A stretch of 64,000 bases of DNA from Actinomycetes bacterium (GTDB lineage: Bacteria > Actinomycetota > Acidimicrobiia > Acidimicrobiales > GCA-2861595). This document shows, piece by piece, positions 26,925 through 37,221 of the stretch. The notes below the pieces were generated by a model that saw only the letters and a list, made by a program, of their open reading frames with translations, was not told the origin of the DNA and did not search any database. The stretch lies in the NCBI GenBank assembly GCA_023264975.1, contig JAHFUS010000008.1, positions 7,219 through 71,218 of the forward strand, written 5' to 3'. The translations under genes and the position numbers were made by a program. Each line of letters starts with the position of its first letter. Position 1 is the stretch's first letter.

Positions 26925-27371
26925 GTGCGGGTCTTCGTCGCTCTCGGCTCCAACCTGGGCGACCGCCGAGCCCACCTGTGCGCCGCGGTGGAAGGCCTTC
27001 CCGGCGTCGTCGCGGTGTCCGGCGTCTACGAGACCGACCCGGTCGGCGGCCCCGGCGGGCAGCCGCCATACCTGAACGCCGTGGTCGAGCTGGAGACCGA
27101 TCTGTCGCCGCGGGCGCTGCTCGGCATCGGCCAGGGCCTGGAGGCGGCGGCCGGCCGGGTGCGGGATACGCGGTGGGGGCCCCGCACGCTCGACGTCGAC
27201 ATCCTGCTGGTGGGCGACCTCACCGTCGACGAACCCGACCTCACCGTGCCGCACCCGCGCCTGCGCGAGCGGGCGTTCGTGCTCGTCCCCCTTCACGATG
27301 TGGCGCCCGATCTGGTGGGGCGCCGCCCTGTCGACGGGTCGGTCCGGCCCGCCGGCCGGCTGGAGTCGTAG
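26925..27371 (+). CDS. folK: 2-amino-4-hydroxy-6-hydroxymethyldihydropteridine pyrophosphokinase
   Basis: VFVALGSNLGD, WGPRTLDVDILL, VPHPRLRERAFVLVPL motifs. GTG at 26925 lies within a spurious longer ORF. Confidence 0.9.
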   Translation: MRVFVALGSNLGDRRAHLCAAVEGLPGVVAVSGVYETDPVGGPGGQPPYLNAVVELETDLSPRALLGIGQGLEAAAGRVRDTRWGPRTLDVDILLVGDLTVDEPDLTVPHPRLRERAFVLVPLHDVAPDLVGRRPVDGSVRPAGRLES

Positions 27372-27425
27372 GAGCGAACGCACCCGTTTCGGTGGTGGTT
27401 TCAGATGTCCTGCCGATGAGACATC

Positions 27426-29609
27426 GTGGGATTCCGCCAATCCACCGGCCCGGCCCGCGAGCAGCGGCCGGCGGGCCCGGTTGCCGCGCCGGTCGGCACC
27501 GTACCGCCGGCTGCGAACGGGCCCGACGAGCGGCATGCGCTGCGTCTGGCCAACCACCGCCTCCGCCTGGCCCTCGACGCGGCGGACGACGCCTTCGTCG
27601 GCATGGACGCCGCCGGCTGCATCACGGAGTGGAACCGGACGGCGGAGGCGATGTTCGGCTGGCGGGTCGAGGAGGTGGCCGGCCGCGATCTGGCGGACAC
27701 GATCGTGCCCGCCCGCCACCGGGAGGCGCACCGGAAGGGCTTGTCCCGGTACCTCGCCACTGGGCAGACCACGCTGCTCGGCCGGCGTGTCGAGATCACC
27801 GCCGTCCACCGCGACGGGCGTGAGTTCCCTGTCGAGGTCGCCATCCGGGCGGTCGACGGCGGCCCGGACGGCTGCAGCTTCTTCGCCTATGTCCAGGACA
27901 TCTCGGAGCGGTTGGCGCAGCGGGATGCATTGCGCGAGAGCGAGACAAGGCACCGCGTCCTGGCCGAGCGGCTTGTCGCCGCACAGCAGATCGCCGGGAT
28001 CGGCAGCTGGGAATGGGACGTGCCGGCCAATTCGGTGACGTGGTCAGAGGAGCTGTGCCGGATCTTCGGCGTGCCCACGGGTAGCCACCCGAGCACATAC
28101 GACGACTACCTGGCCGCCGTGCACCCCGAGGACAGGCGCGGCACTGACGCCACGATCCGCCTCGCCCATGAGACCGGCCAGGCCTTCAGCTTCGACCATC
28201 GCGTCGTGCACCCGGACGGCACCGTTCGGATCGTCCACTCGCAGGGCGACGTGACCATGGGCGACGACGGCACGGCGCTGCGCCTCGCCGGGACGGCGCA
28301 GGACGTCACCGACAGCGTGGCTGCGGCCGTCGCACTGCGCGACAGCGAGCGCGCCCTGGCCGAGGCGCAGCGAATCGCCCGGCTGGGAAGCTGGGAGTGG
28401 GACCTTGCGTCCGGCCGCGGGACCTGGTCCGCCGAGCTGTACAGCATGCTGGCACTGGACCCGGGGACCGCAGGGGTCGAACCGGAGGACTTCGTCGCCG
28501 CTTACCGGCGCTATCTGGATGCGGTCCATCCGGAGGACCGGGCCGAGGCCGAGTCGGCCATCGGCACCGCCATCGAGACGCGCCAGGAGTACGCCTTCGA
28601 CCACCGCCTGGTGGGGACCGACGGCGCCGTTACCTGGGTCCAAGGCCGCATACGGGCGGAAGTCGACGACGACGGCGTCCCGAGCCGGGTGCACGGAACG
28701 GCGGTGGACATCACCGAGCGGGTCGCTCTCGAGCAGAAGCTGACGGCCCTCGCGCTGTTCGACGACCTCACCGGCCTCCACAACCGCCGAGGTTTTGTCA
28801 CCCTGGCCGACCACCACCTTGCCCTGGCCGCGCGCACCGGCCGGCCGGTTCCCCTGCTGTTCGTCGACATGGACGAGATGAAGACCATCAACGACACGTT
28901 CGGCCACAACGAGGGGGACCGGGCGCTGGTGGAAGTGGCAGCGTTCCTGCGGTCCGCCCTGCGCGCCTCGGACCTGGTGGCCCGTGTCGGTGGCGACGAG
29001 TTCTGCATCCTCATGGTCGACGACGGCTCGGGGTCCGCCACCGACGTCGAGCGGGTCGCGGACGGCCTCCGCGCCGGCCCCCCCCGGGGCGGCCGGGCCT
29101 ACCCGCTTACCCTGAGCGTGGGCGTGGCCGGGCTCGAGCCGGGGGCGGGGATCTCTGTCGAGGACCTGATGGGCCGCGCCGACGGGGCCATGTACGAGGA
29201 CAAGAGCGCCCCCCGCCGTCGGGTCCGCGTGCTCGTGGTGGAGGACGACCCCAGCCTGCGGCGCCTGGCCGAGCTGAGCCTGCGGTTCACCTATGACGTC
29301 ACCGCCGCCACGGGCGCCGCTGCGCTGGCCGAAGCGGCCGAGCAGGTACCCGACCTCGTGCTGCTCGACCTCAACCTGCCCGACCTGCACGGCACGGAGG
29401 TGCTCCGGCGGATGCGGGAGGTGCCGGGCGGCGATCGGATGTCGGTGATCGTGATGACGGCGGCGGCCGGTCCGACCACCGAGCTGGAGAGCCTGCACGG
29501 CGGCGTCGACGACTTCGTCACCAAGCCCCTCGACCTCGGGATTCTCGAGGCCCGGATGAGGAACGTCCTCCAGCGCTCGACGACCCGACCCCGACGGTTT
29601 TGGGGCTGA
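27426..29609 (+). CDS. Triple PAS/PAC - GGDEF diguanylate cyclase with C-terminal receiver domain
   Basis: Three PAS/PAC repeats (W-x-W and HPED motifs recur). The GGDEF active site is RVGGDEFCIL. The C-terminal receiver is VLVVEDDP...LLDLNLPDLHG...FVTKPL. Confidence 0.85.
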   Translation: MGFRQSTGPAREQRPAGPVAAPVGTVPPAANGPDERHALRLANHRLRLALDAADDAFVGMDAAGCITEWNRTAEAMFGWRVEEVAGRDLADTIVPARHREAHRKGLSRYLATGQTTLLGRRVEITAVHRDGREFPVEVAIRAVDGGPDGCSFFAYVQDISERLAQRDALRESETRHRVLAERLVAAQQIAGIGSWEWDVPANSVTWSEELCRIFGVPTGSHPSTYDDYLAAVHPEDRRGTDATIRLAHETGQAFSFDHRVVHPDGTVRIVHSQGDVTMGDDGTALRLAGTAQDVTDSVAAAVALRDSERALAEAQRIARLGSWEWDLASGRGTWSAELYSMLALDPGTAGVEPEDFVAAYRRYLDAVHPEDRAEAESAIGTAIETRQEYAFDHRLVGTDGAVTWVQGRIRAEVDDDGVPSRVHGTAVDITERVALEQKLTALALFDDLTGLHNRRGFVTLADHHLALAARTGRPVPLLFVDMDEMKTINDTFGHNEGDRALVEVAAFLRSALRASDLVARVGGDEFCILMVDDGSGSATDVERVADGLRAGPPRGGRAYPLTLSVGVAGLEPGAGISVEDLMGRADGAMYEDKSAPRRRVRVLVVEDDPSLRRLAELSLRFTYDVTAATGAAALAEAAEQVPDLVLLDLNLPDLHGTEVLRRMREVPGGDRMSVIVMTAAAGPTTELESLHGGVDDFVTKPLDLGILEARMRNVLQRSTTRPRRFWG

Positions 29610-31534
29610 CCGCCGTGGCCAGGGCCGGCCGACCCACCTTCATCCGGCAGGTGGCGCGCCAGCGCCTGGCGCTCGTCGCCTTAGCCGCCGGTCTCCTCCT
29701 GACCGCCACCGCCAGCCTGGCGTTCGCCGGCAACGTGGCCAGGGACCGCCAGGCCGAGCTGGGCGGCCTGGCCGTGCAGGCCCGCACCGCCATCGAGCGG
29801 CGGGTCGCCTCCTACGCCGAGCCGCTCTACGGGATGAGCGCCGTCCTCGGCGGCCCGCAGCCGGCCGACCGGGCTGCGTTCCATCGCTACGTGGACCTGG
29901 CGGGGACGGGTCGGCGCCAGCCCGGCCTGCTGGCCTACACCTTCAACCGGCGCGTACCGGCCGGCGAGGTCGCCGCCTTCGAGGCGTCCGTCCGGTCGGA
30001 CGACAGCCTCGAGCCCGGTGGTAACGCCGGGTTCGACGTCCACCCCGACGCCGAGGCGGGGGCCGACCGGGTGGTAATCGAGTTGGTCGAGCCGTGGGCG
30101 GGCAACGAGATGATCCTCGGTTACGACGTCGCCAGCGATCCGGAGCGCCGCGCGGCGGTCGAGGCGGCACGCGACAGTGGCCGGCTGGTCGCCACGACGC
30201 CGGTCCGCCTGATGCAGGAGGACGGCAACACAGGCTTCCTCCTCAATTTCCCCGTCTACCGCACGGTCGGCGTGCCGGGTACGGCGCCCGCCCGGCGCCG
30301 CCACTTCGTCGGTGTGGTCACAGCCGCCGTGAGCCTGGACCAGATGCTCACCGGCGTTGCTGGGGGGGCACCGGCGGCGCCGACGGCGCGCATCCGCATC
30401 CGCATTACCGATGTCGGCGCGACCCTTGACCCGCGCAGCAACGCCGAACCGGAGGGGGTGCTCGTATTCGACAGCGCCACGTCCGGCGCCACCGCGGCCG
30501 GCGGCGGGCGGGCGTCGGCCGCGGTCGCCGACCTCAACGTCGGGGGGCGCCGCTGGCGCCTGGTCGCCACGCCCGAGCGGCCGCTCGGCTCCGGGCAGGT
30601 GGCGCAACTCCCGTGGGTCGCGGGGATCGGCGGTGGCGTGCTCAGCGTCGTGCTCGCCTGCCTCCTCGCCTCGCTGTCAGGGTCGAAGCTCCGGGCGGTG
30701 GCGCTGGCCGCCGGCATGACGACCAACCTGCGGCGCCAGGAGGACGAGCTGCGGCGCGCCAACCGCCACATGGCCGAGTCGAATGCGGCCTTGGCGGCCG
30801 CCGACCGGGCCAAGGACGCATTTCTCGGCACCATGTCGCACGAGCTGCGCACGCCACTGACCGCCATCGCCGGCTTCGCCCGGCTTCTGGACGGCCGCTG
30901 GGACGGCCTCGACGCGGACGAGCGGCGTGAGTCGCTCACCCAGATCATCCGCAGCGCTGGAACCCTCGGAAACCTGGTCGACGACCTCCTCGAGTTCAAC
31001 CGCACGGGCGACCAGGCGCCGGCCCTGGTGCTCGAGCCCGTCGACATCGCGCGGGCCGTGCGCGAGGCGGTCGAGGTGCTGCGACCACTGACGGCGACGC
31101 ACCACATCAACCTCGACACGGCCGATGCGACGGCGCTGGCCGACCCGATCGCCCTCTCCCGGATCCTGACCAACCTGGTCACCAACGCGGTCAAGTTCTC
31201 GCCCGAGGGGACGACCGTGACCGTCGCGACCCGGGCTCTCGGCGACGATGCGGTGCTCGAGGTGGGCGACCAGGGGCCGGGCATCCCCGCCGACCAGCGG
31301 GACGTGGTGTTCGAGCGGTTCTACCGGGCGGAGGACAAAGCCCGGCCGAGGCGACCCGGTACCGGGATCGGCCTCGCCGTGGTGAAGGACCTGGCAGAGC
31401 GCCAGGGCGGCTCCGTGCGCATCCTCGACGGAGCCGGTGGCGGCGCCGTCTTCCGGGTGGAGTTGCCGATGGCCCCGGGTCCGGTCGCGGCATCCCTGGG
31501 GCGCGAGGCCACGCACCAGGAGGACTTCGTTTGA
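29600..31534 (+). CDS. CHASE-domain sensor histidine kinase
   Basis: An extracytoplasmic ~300 aa lies between two TM helices and carries ELVEPWAGNEMILGYDVASDPERRAAVEAARDSGRLVATTPVRLMQ (CHASE-like). HisKA MSHELRTPL. HATPase N/G boxes LVTNAVKFS and GTGIGLAVV. The start (TTG 29600 or GTG 29615) abuts or overlaps the upstream stop. Confidence 0.85.
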   Translation: MGLTAVARAGRPTFIRQVARQRLALVALAAGLLLTATASLAFAGNVARDRQAELGGLAVQARTAIERRVASYAEPLYGMSAVLGGPQPADRAAFHRYVDLAGTGRRQPGLLAYTFNRRVPAGEVAAFEASVRSDDSLEPGGNAGFDVHPDAEAGADRVVIELVEPWAGNEMILGYDVASDPERRAAVEAARDSGRLVATTPVRLMQEDGNTGFLLNFPVYRTVGVPGTAPARRRHFVGVVTAAVSLDQMLTGVAGGAPAAPTARIRIRITDVGATLDPRSNAEPEGVLVFDSATSGATAAGGGRASAAVADLNVGGRRWRLVATPERPLGSGQVAQLPWVAGIGGGVLSVVLACLLASLSGSKLRAVALAAGMTTNLRRQEDELRRANRHMAESNAALAAADRAKDAFLGTMSHELRTPLTAIAGFARLLDGRWDGLDADERRESLTQIIRSAGTLGNLVDDLLEFNRTGDQAPALVLEPVDIARAVREAVEVLRPLTATHHINLDTADATALADPIALSRILTNLVTNAVKFSPEGTTVTVATRALGDDAVLEVGDQGPGIPADQRDVVFERFYRAEDKARPRRPGTGIGLAVVKDLAERQGGSVRILDGAGGGAVFRVELPMAPGPVAASLGREATHQEDFV

Positions 31535-32688
31535 GCGGGCGCCGGCCGCTCCGACTGCGCCGGCCCATCGGGTCGCGTCTCGCCCCGGTCCTCCTCGCCC
31601 TGGCGCTGACCGCTCCGGCATGCGCCGGCTACGGGGACGGCGCGATCGACGAACACCGGGCGACGGTGAAGGTGGGGTTCGTGTTCGTCGGGTCCCGGGA
31701 CGACCTCGGCTACAACCAGGCGGCCTGGGAGGGGAGCGAGGCGGTGGCGGAGGCCTTTCCCGACGTCGAGGTGCTGCGGGCCGAGCACGTGCCCGAGACC
31801 GAGAAGGCCGAGCAGGTCATGGAGCGCATGATCAACCAGGGGGCCAGCATCCTGTTCCCCACCAGCTTCGGCTACTTGGACGCCGCCGTGGCCGTCGCCC
31901 GCCGCCACCCCGAGGTGGTCGTCGTCCACCAGGGAGGGGTCGAGCCGTCGCCCGGCCTCGCCAACCTGGGGACGTACTTCGGGGCCGTCTACGAGCCGGT
32001 GTACGAGGCGGGCATCGCCGCCGGCGCGGCCACCCGGACCGGCCGGCTGGGTTTCGTGGCCGCCTTCCCCATCCCGGCCACCTTCAACAACGTGAACGCC
32101 TTCACCCTCGGGGCCCGTTCCGTGAACCCGAGCGTCACCACTTCGGTGATCTTCACCGGGTCGTGGTGCAACCCCGCCTCTCAGGTGAAGGCCACCAGGG
32201 CCCTCCTCCGCCTGGGGGCCGACGTGCTGACCCAGCACCAGGACTGCACCCGCACGGTGCTCGAGGCCGCGGAGCGGGCCGGGGTCTCGTCGGTCGGGTA
32301 CCACTACGACGGGTCCGAGGTGGCGCGCCGGGGCTGGTTGGCGGGCTCGGCGTGGGACTGGCGCGGCCTGTTCGTCGACATCGTGCGCACGGTGGGCTCC
32401 GGCGCCTTCGCCCGCAGCCCCTACGGGAGGGACTTCCGCGGGAGCCTTCGCACCGGCGACAACCCGTTCGTCCTCACCGAACTCGGGCCCACTGTCGCCG
32501 GCGCCACCCGCGTCCGCGTGGCCGAGGCCGAGCAGCGGTTCCGCGACGGCGGGTCACCGTTCACCGGGCCAGTCGTCGATAGCTACGGGGTCGAGCGCAT
32601 CGCCGCCGGGGTCGTGTTGAGCCAGGCCGAGATCGACAGCATGGACTGGTTCGTGGCCGGCGTGGAGGGCGACCTGCCGGAGCGGTAG
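31531..32688 (+). CDS. BMP-family (PnrA/Med-like) substrate-binding protein, putative lipoprotein
   Basis: The TTG start overlaps the kinase stop (TTGA). Signal ...LALTAPACAG. KVGFVFVGSRDDLGYNQAAWEG...FPTSFGYLDAAVAVARRHPEV matches the BMP family pattern. Confidence 0.8.
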   Translation: MSGRRPLRLRRPIGSRLAPVLLALALTAPACAGYGDGAIDEHRATVKVGFVFVGSRDDLGYNQAAWEGSEAVAEAFPDVEVLRAEHVPETEKAEQVMERMINQGASILFPTSFGYLDAAVAVARRHPEVVVVHQGGVEPSPGLANLGTYFGAVYEPVYEAGIAAGAATRTGRLGFVAAFPIPATFNNVNAFTLGARSVNPSVTTSVIFTGSWCNPASQVKATRALLRLGADVLTQHQDCTRTVLEAAERAGVSSVGYHYDGSEVARRGWLAGSAWDWRGLFVDIVRTVGSGAFARSPYGRDFRGSLRTGDNPFVLTELGPTVAGATRVRVAEAEQRFRDGGSPFTGPVVDSYGVERIAAGVVLSQAEIDSMDWFVAGVEGDLPER

Positions 32689-32784
32689 CCCGAAGGCCGG
32701 CCGGCGGGCCGGGGGCGGTACGATCGGCTCCACGGACGGCATCCCGGAAGGGGGCCGGAACGGAAGGGCCCGGCTCTGCGCGAC

Positions 32785-33609
32785 ATGAACCTGCTCGACA
32801 CCATCCCGGCGCTGCGCAAGGCGCTCGACGCCGAGCGGGCGGCCGGCGGCACCGTCGGCCTGGTCCTCACCATGGGAGCGCTGCACGAGGGTCACCTGTC
32901 GCTGGTGCGCCGGGCCGCCGCCGAGTGCGACGTGGTGGCTGTCACCGTCTTCGTCAACCCCCTCCAGTTCGGGCCGCACGAGGACCTCGCCGCCTACCCC
33001 CGCCGGCTGGAAGACGACGCCGCCCTGTCTGAGGGGGCCGGCGCCTCCTACGTGTTCGCCCCGTCTGTGGAGGAGATGTTCCCGGACGGCACGCTGACGA
33101 TTGTGCACGTGGCCGAAGTCGGCGACGGGCGCGAGGGCCGTGCCCGGCCGGGGCACTTCGACGGCGTGGCCACGATTGTGGCCAAGCTGTTCGCCGTGGC
33201 CGGCCCGTGCCGGGCGTACTTCGGCGAGAAGGACCACCAGCAGCTGGAGGTGGTGCGCCGCATGGCCGCGGACCTCTCCTTTCCGGTACAGATCGTGGCC
33301 TGCCCCACGGCGCGGGAGGCGAACGGACTGGCCCTGTCGAGCCGCAACGCGTACCTGTCACCGGCCGAGCGGGCGGCCGCCCCGGTCGTCCACCGGGCCC
33401 TGCTGGCCGGGCGGGCGTTGGTGGAGCGGGGCGTCACCGATCAGGCCGCCGTCGGCGCGGCCATGGCGGAGGTCCTAGCCACCGAGCCCGCCGCCCGCCT
33501 CGACTACGCAGAGGCGTTGGCCGGCGCCGACGGGAAGGTGCGGCTCTTCGTGGCCGCCCGCATCGGCACCACCCGCCTGATCGACAACCTGGAGGCCACC
33601 GCCCCGTGA
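32785..33609 (+). CDS. panC: Pantoate--beta-alanine ligase
   Basis: [37 protein letters not shown] motifs. Confidence 0.95.
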   Translation: MNLLDTIPALRKALDAERAAGGTVGLVLTMGALHEGHLSLVRRAAAECDVVAVTVFVNPLQFGPHEDLAAYPRRLEDDAALSEGAGASYVFAPSVEEMFPDGTLTIVHVAEVGDGREGRARPGHFDGVATIVAKLFAVAGPCRAYFGEKDHQQLEVVRRMAADLSFPVQIVACPTAREANGLALSSRNAYLSPAERAAAPVVHRALLAGRALVERGVTDQAAVGAAMAEVLATEPAARLDYAEALAGADGKVRLFVAARIGTTRLIDNLEATAP

Positions 33610-33968
33610 GACGCCAGATGCTGAAGTCCAAGATCCACCGGGCCACCGTCACCGACGCCAACGTCGACTACGTGGGGTCCGTCACCATCGACGCCGGCCT
33701 GCTGCGGCGGGCCGATATCCTCGAGCACGAGCAGGTGCACGTGGTCGACGTGGACAACGGCGCCCGACTCGTCACCTACGCCCTCGCCGGCGGGCCGGGG
33801 GAGCTGTGCCTCAACGGGGCCGCCGCCTGCCTCGTCGAGCCCGGTCACCGGGTGATCGTGATCAGCTACGCGGAGTACGACGACGCCGAGGTCGACGCCC
33901 ACCAGCCGATCGTTGTCCACGTCGACACCTCCAACAAACCCACCGCCCCGGCCGCCGCCGGCCGGTAG
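33606..33968 (+). CDS. panD: Aspartate 1-decarboxylase
   Basis: (V)[28 protein letters not shown] includes the G-S self-cleavage site. GTG overlaps the panC stop (GTGA). Confidence 0.9.
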   Translation: MRRQMLKSKIHRATVTDANVDYVGSVTIDAGLLRRADILEHEQVHVVDVDNGARLVTYALAGGPGELCLNGAAACLVEPGHRVIVISYAEYDDAEVDAHQPIVVHVDTSNKPTAPAAAGR

Positions 33969-33981
33969 ATTCTCCCCGACG

Positions 33982-35559
33982 GTGGATATCGACCTGCTGG
34001 TGCTGGGTTCCGGGGTGGCCGGTCTTTCGGCCGCCGTGCGGGCGGCGGTGGCCGAGCCAGGCCTGCGGGTGGGAGTGCTCACCAAGGCCGAGCTGGCCCA
34101 GTCTGCCACCCGCTGGGCCCAGGGCGGGGTGGCCGCCGTGCTCGGCGGCGACGAGGACTCCACCGACCTCCACCTGGCCGACACCCTGGCCGCCGGCGCC
34201 GGCCTGTGTGACGTCGACGCCGTGCGGGTGCTGGTGGACGAGGGCCCCGGCCGGGTGAACGAGCTCATCGCCCTCGGGGCCGTGTTCGACCGGGACCACA
34301 AGGGCGCCCTCCAGCTGGCACGGGAGGGCGGCCACTCGGTGGCCCGGGTCGTTCATGCCGGCGGGGCGGCCACGGGCGCCGAGATCGAGCGGGCCCTGGT
34401 GGACGCCGTGCGGGAGACCGCCGCCGCCGTCCTGGAACGCTGGTTCGCCCTCGACCTGCTGGTGGAGGGCGGCCGCTGCCGGGGCGTGGCGGCGCTCGAC
34501 GAGCACGGTCGGCACCGGGAGGTGCGGGCCACCCATGTGCTCCTGGCCACCGGGGGAGCGGGCCAGCTCTACTCGGTGACCACCAACCCGTTGGAGGCCA
34601 CGGGCGACGGCCTGGCCATGGCCCTGCGGGCCGGCGTGGCGGTGGCCGACGTCGAGTTCATGCAGTTCCACCCAACAGCCCTCCACCACCCCGCCATGCC
34701 GCGGCCGCTGCTGTCCGAGGCCCTGCGGGGCCACGGTGCCCTCCTGCGGGACGCCGATGGCGAGCGCTTCGTGGACGAGCTGCGGCCGCGCGACCAGGTC
34801 AGCCGGGCCATGACCGAGCGCCTGCTGGAGCAGGGAGTCGAGCACCTCTGGCTCGACGCCACCGGCCTCGAGCGCTTCGACGAGCGCTTCCCCACCATCG
34901 CCGCCTCGGTGCGCAAGGTCGGCCTCGACCCCACCACCGACTGGCTGCCGGTGGCGCCGGCCGCCCACTACCTGTCCGGCGGCGTCCTCACCGACCTCCA
35001 CGGCGCCACCGCCCTTCCCGGCCTGTGGGCGTGCGGTGAGGTGGCGTGCACCGGCGTCCACGGCGCCAACCGGCTGGCGTCCAACTCGCTGCTCGAAGGC
35101 ATGGTCTTCGGCCCCCGCGTGGTGGAGGCCGTGCTGGCCGGCGTGGACGGGCCGTCGGCCACCGGCGCACTGCGCGACGTTCTCGGCGGCGAAGTCCTCG
35201 GCGGGACCGCCGCTCCCGCCCTCTCCCTCGGGCCTCTGGTCGGCGAAATGGCGCCGGCGCGGACCGGATGGGCTGACCAGAGCGGGTCGGGAGAGCTCGA
35301 GAAGACCCGCTCGGTGCTGCAGCACGCCATGACCGAGGGTGCGGGTGTCCTGCGCTCGGCGTCCTCCCTGGCCGAGACGGCGGCCGTGCTGGACCGGCTG
35401 GGCGACGTGTCGGGCGACCCGGAGCTGGCCAACCTGCACGTGGTGGCTCGGGCCTTGGTGCTGGCCGCCACCGCACGCCAGGAGTCCCGCGGCTGCCACG
35501 GGCGGACCGACTTCCCCGAGCCCCGCCCCGCGCTGGCCCACCGACTCGTGATCGGATGA
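33982..35559 (+). CDS. nadB: L-aspartate oxidase
   Basis: DLLVLGSGVAGLSAA FAD fold, HPTAL, GGV.TD, ACTGVHGANRLASNSLLE. I prefer GTG 33982 to ATG 33913, which would overlap panD by 56 nt. Confidence 0.9.
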   Translation: MDIDLLVLGSGVAGLSAAVRAAVAEPGLRVGVLTKAELAQSATRWAQGGVAAVLGGDEDSTDLHLADTLAAGAGLCDVDAVRVLVDEGPGRVNELIALGAVFDRDHKGALQLAREGGHSVARVVHAGGAATGAEIERALVDAVRETAAAVLERWFALDLLVEGGRCRGVAALDEHGRHREVRATHVLLATGGAGQLYSVTTNPLEATGDGLAMALRAGVAVADVEFMQFHPTALHHPAMPRPLLSEALRGHGALLRDADGERFVDELRPRDQVSRAMTERLLEQGVEHLWLDATGLERFDERFPTIAASVRKVGLDPTTDWLPVAPAAHYLSGGVLTDLHGATALPGLWACGEVACTGVHGANRLASNSLLEGMVFGPRVVEAVLAGVDGPSATGALRDVLGGEVLGGTAAPALSLGPLVGEMAPARTGWADQSGSGELEKTRSVLQHAMTEGAGVLRSASSLAETAAVLDRLGDVSGDPELANLHVVARALVLAATARQESRGCHGRTDFPEPRPALAHRLVIG

Positions 35560-35593
35560 GCCCTCCGTACCGAGAAGGCCCGGGAGCGGGTCC

Positions 35594-36442
35594 GTGAGCC
35601 CGTTCGACCCTCCCCTGGCGGCCGTGCGCGAGGTGGTCGCCCGTGCCCTGGCCGAGGACCTGCTGCCCCTCGGCGACCTCACCGCCGGCCTGGTCGACCC
35701 GTCGGCCAGAGGCTCGGGCGCCGTCGTGGCCCGGACCGCCGGCGTGCTGGCCGGCTCCTTGTGCGTCACGGAGACCTACGCGCAGGTGGACCCGGCGGCG
35801 TCGGTGCGCTTCGTGCTGGCCGACGGCTCGTCGCTGGCGGCCGGCACCAAGGTGGCGGAGCTCGACGGTCCGCTCGCCTCCCTGCTGTCCGGGGAGCGGA
35901 CGGCGCTCAACCTGCTGTGCCACCTGTCGGGCGTGGCCTCGCTGACCAGGCAGTTCGTCGGCGCCGTGGGCGCCTCGTCCACCCGGGTGCTCGACACCCG
36001 CAAGACGCTCCCCGGCCTCCGCGCCCTGCAGAAGGCGGCCGTGCGGGCGGGCGGGGGCCACAACCACCGGGGGAGCCTGTCGGAGATGGTGCTGGTGAAG
36101 GACAACCACCGGGCCGCCCTCGGCGTCGTCGACGCGGTGGCGACGGCCCGCCGGCGCTGGCCCTTTCGGGCTGTCGAGGTGGAGTGCGACACGGTCGAGC
36201 AGGTCGAGGAGGCCGTCGCCGCCGGCGCCACCGCCGTGCTGCTCGACAACATGAGCCCGGCCGAGGTGCGTCGGTGCGTCGACCTGGTGGCGGGCCGGGC
36301 CCTTACCGAGGCATCGGGCGGCGTCACCCTCGACACCGCGGCCGCCTATGCAGCGACCGGTGTCGACTTCGTGTCGGTGGGGGCACTCACCATGTCGGCC
36401 CCCTCACTCGACCTCGGCCTCGATCTCGGCGGTGGCGGCTGA
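35594..36442 (+). CDS. nadC: Nicotinate-nucleotide pyrophosphorylase (carboxylating)
   Basis: LAEDL..GDLT, TRKT.PGLR, KDNH, LDNM motifs. Confidence 0.9.
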   Translation: MSPFDPPLAAVREVVARALAEDLLPLGDLTAGLVDPSARGSGAVVARTAGVLAGSLCVTETYAQVDPAASVRFVLADGSSLAAGTKVAELDGPLASLLSGERTALNLLCHLSGVASLTRQFVGAVGASSTRVLDTRKTLPGLRALQKAAVRAGGGHNHRGSLSEMVLVKDNHRAALGVVDAVATARRRWPFRAVEVECDTVEQVEEAVAAGATAVLLDNMSPAEVRRCVDLVAGRALTEASGGVTLDTAAAYAATGVDFVSVGALTMSAPSLDLGLDLGGGG

Positions 36443-37216
36443 GTGCTCCTCGCCATCGACACGGGCAACACCCAGACGGTCCTCGGCCTGTTCGACGGCG
36501 CCGAACTGGTGTCGAGCTGGCGCATCGCCACCAATGCCGATCGCACGTCGGACGAACACGCCCTGGTGGTGAACCAACTCCTCGACCTGGAGGGTTACCC
36601 GCCCGACGACGTCGTCACCGGCATCGCCATCGCGTCCACCGTCCCCGCCCTCACCGCCACGTTGCGCGCCATGACGGCCCGCTGGTTCGACGTGCCGACC
36701 GTGGTGCTGGAGCCGGGCGTGAAGTCGGGAGCGGCGATCCTCGCCGACAACCCCAAGGAGGTCGGCGCCGACCGGGTGGCCAACACGGTCGCCGTGCACA
36801 CCCTTTTCGGTGGGCCGGCGGTGGTGGTCGACTTCGGCACGTCCACCAACTTCGACGCCGTGTCGGCCAAGGGCGAGTACCTGGGCGGCGCCATCGTCCC
36901 CGGCATCGAGATCAGCCTCGACGCCCTGTTCGGGCGGGCCGCCGCCCTGCGCCGGGTCGAGCTGGTGGAGCCCCGCAACGTGATCGGAAGGACCACGGTG
37001 GAGTGCATCCAGTCGGGCGCCCTCTACGGCTACACCGACCTGGTGGACGGCATGTGCCGGCGCATGCGGGCCGAGTTGGGTGGGGCCACGGTGGTGGCCA
37101 CCGGCGGGCTGAGTGGACTCATCAGCCCCCTGTCCGACACGATCGACCACCACGAGCCCTGGCTGACCCTTCACGGGCTGCGGCTCGTCTTCGAGCGCAA
37201 CACGACCGACAAGTAG
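36443..37216 (+). CDS. coaX: Type III pantothenate kinase
   Basis: LLAIDTGNT, VVVDFGTSTNFD, GGAIVPG motifs. Confidence 0.9.
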   Translation: MLLAIDTGNTQTVLGLFDGAELVSSWRIATNADRTSDEHALVVNQLLDLEGYPPDDVVTGIAIASTVPALTATLRAMTARWFDVPTVVLEPGVKSGAAILADNPKEVGADRVANTVAVHTLFGGPAVVVDFGTSTNFDAVSAKGEYLGGAIVPGIEISLDALFGRAAALRRVELVEPRNVIGRTTVECIQSGALYGYTDLVDGMCRRMRAELGGATVVATGGLSGLISPLSDTIDHHEPWLTLHGLRLVFERNTTDK

Positions 37217-37221
37217 GCCCT

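Noticed and set aside
35761-37221. 487-codon 5' extension of the lysS ORF (the 956-aa ORF)
   Set aside because: The extension overlaps nadC and coaX in another frame and is low-complexity. LysS homology begins at GTG 37222.
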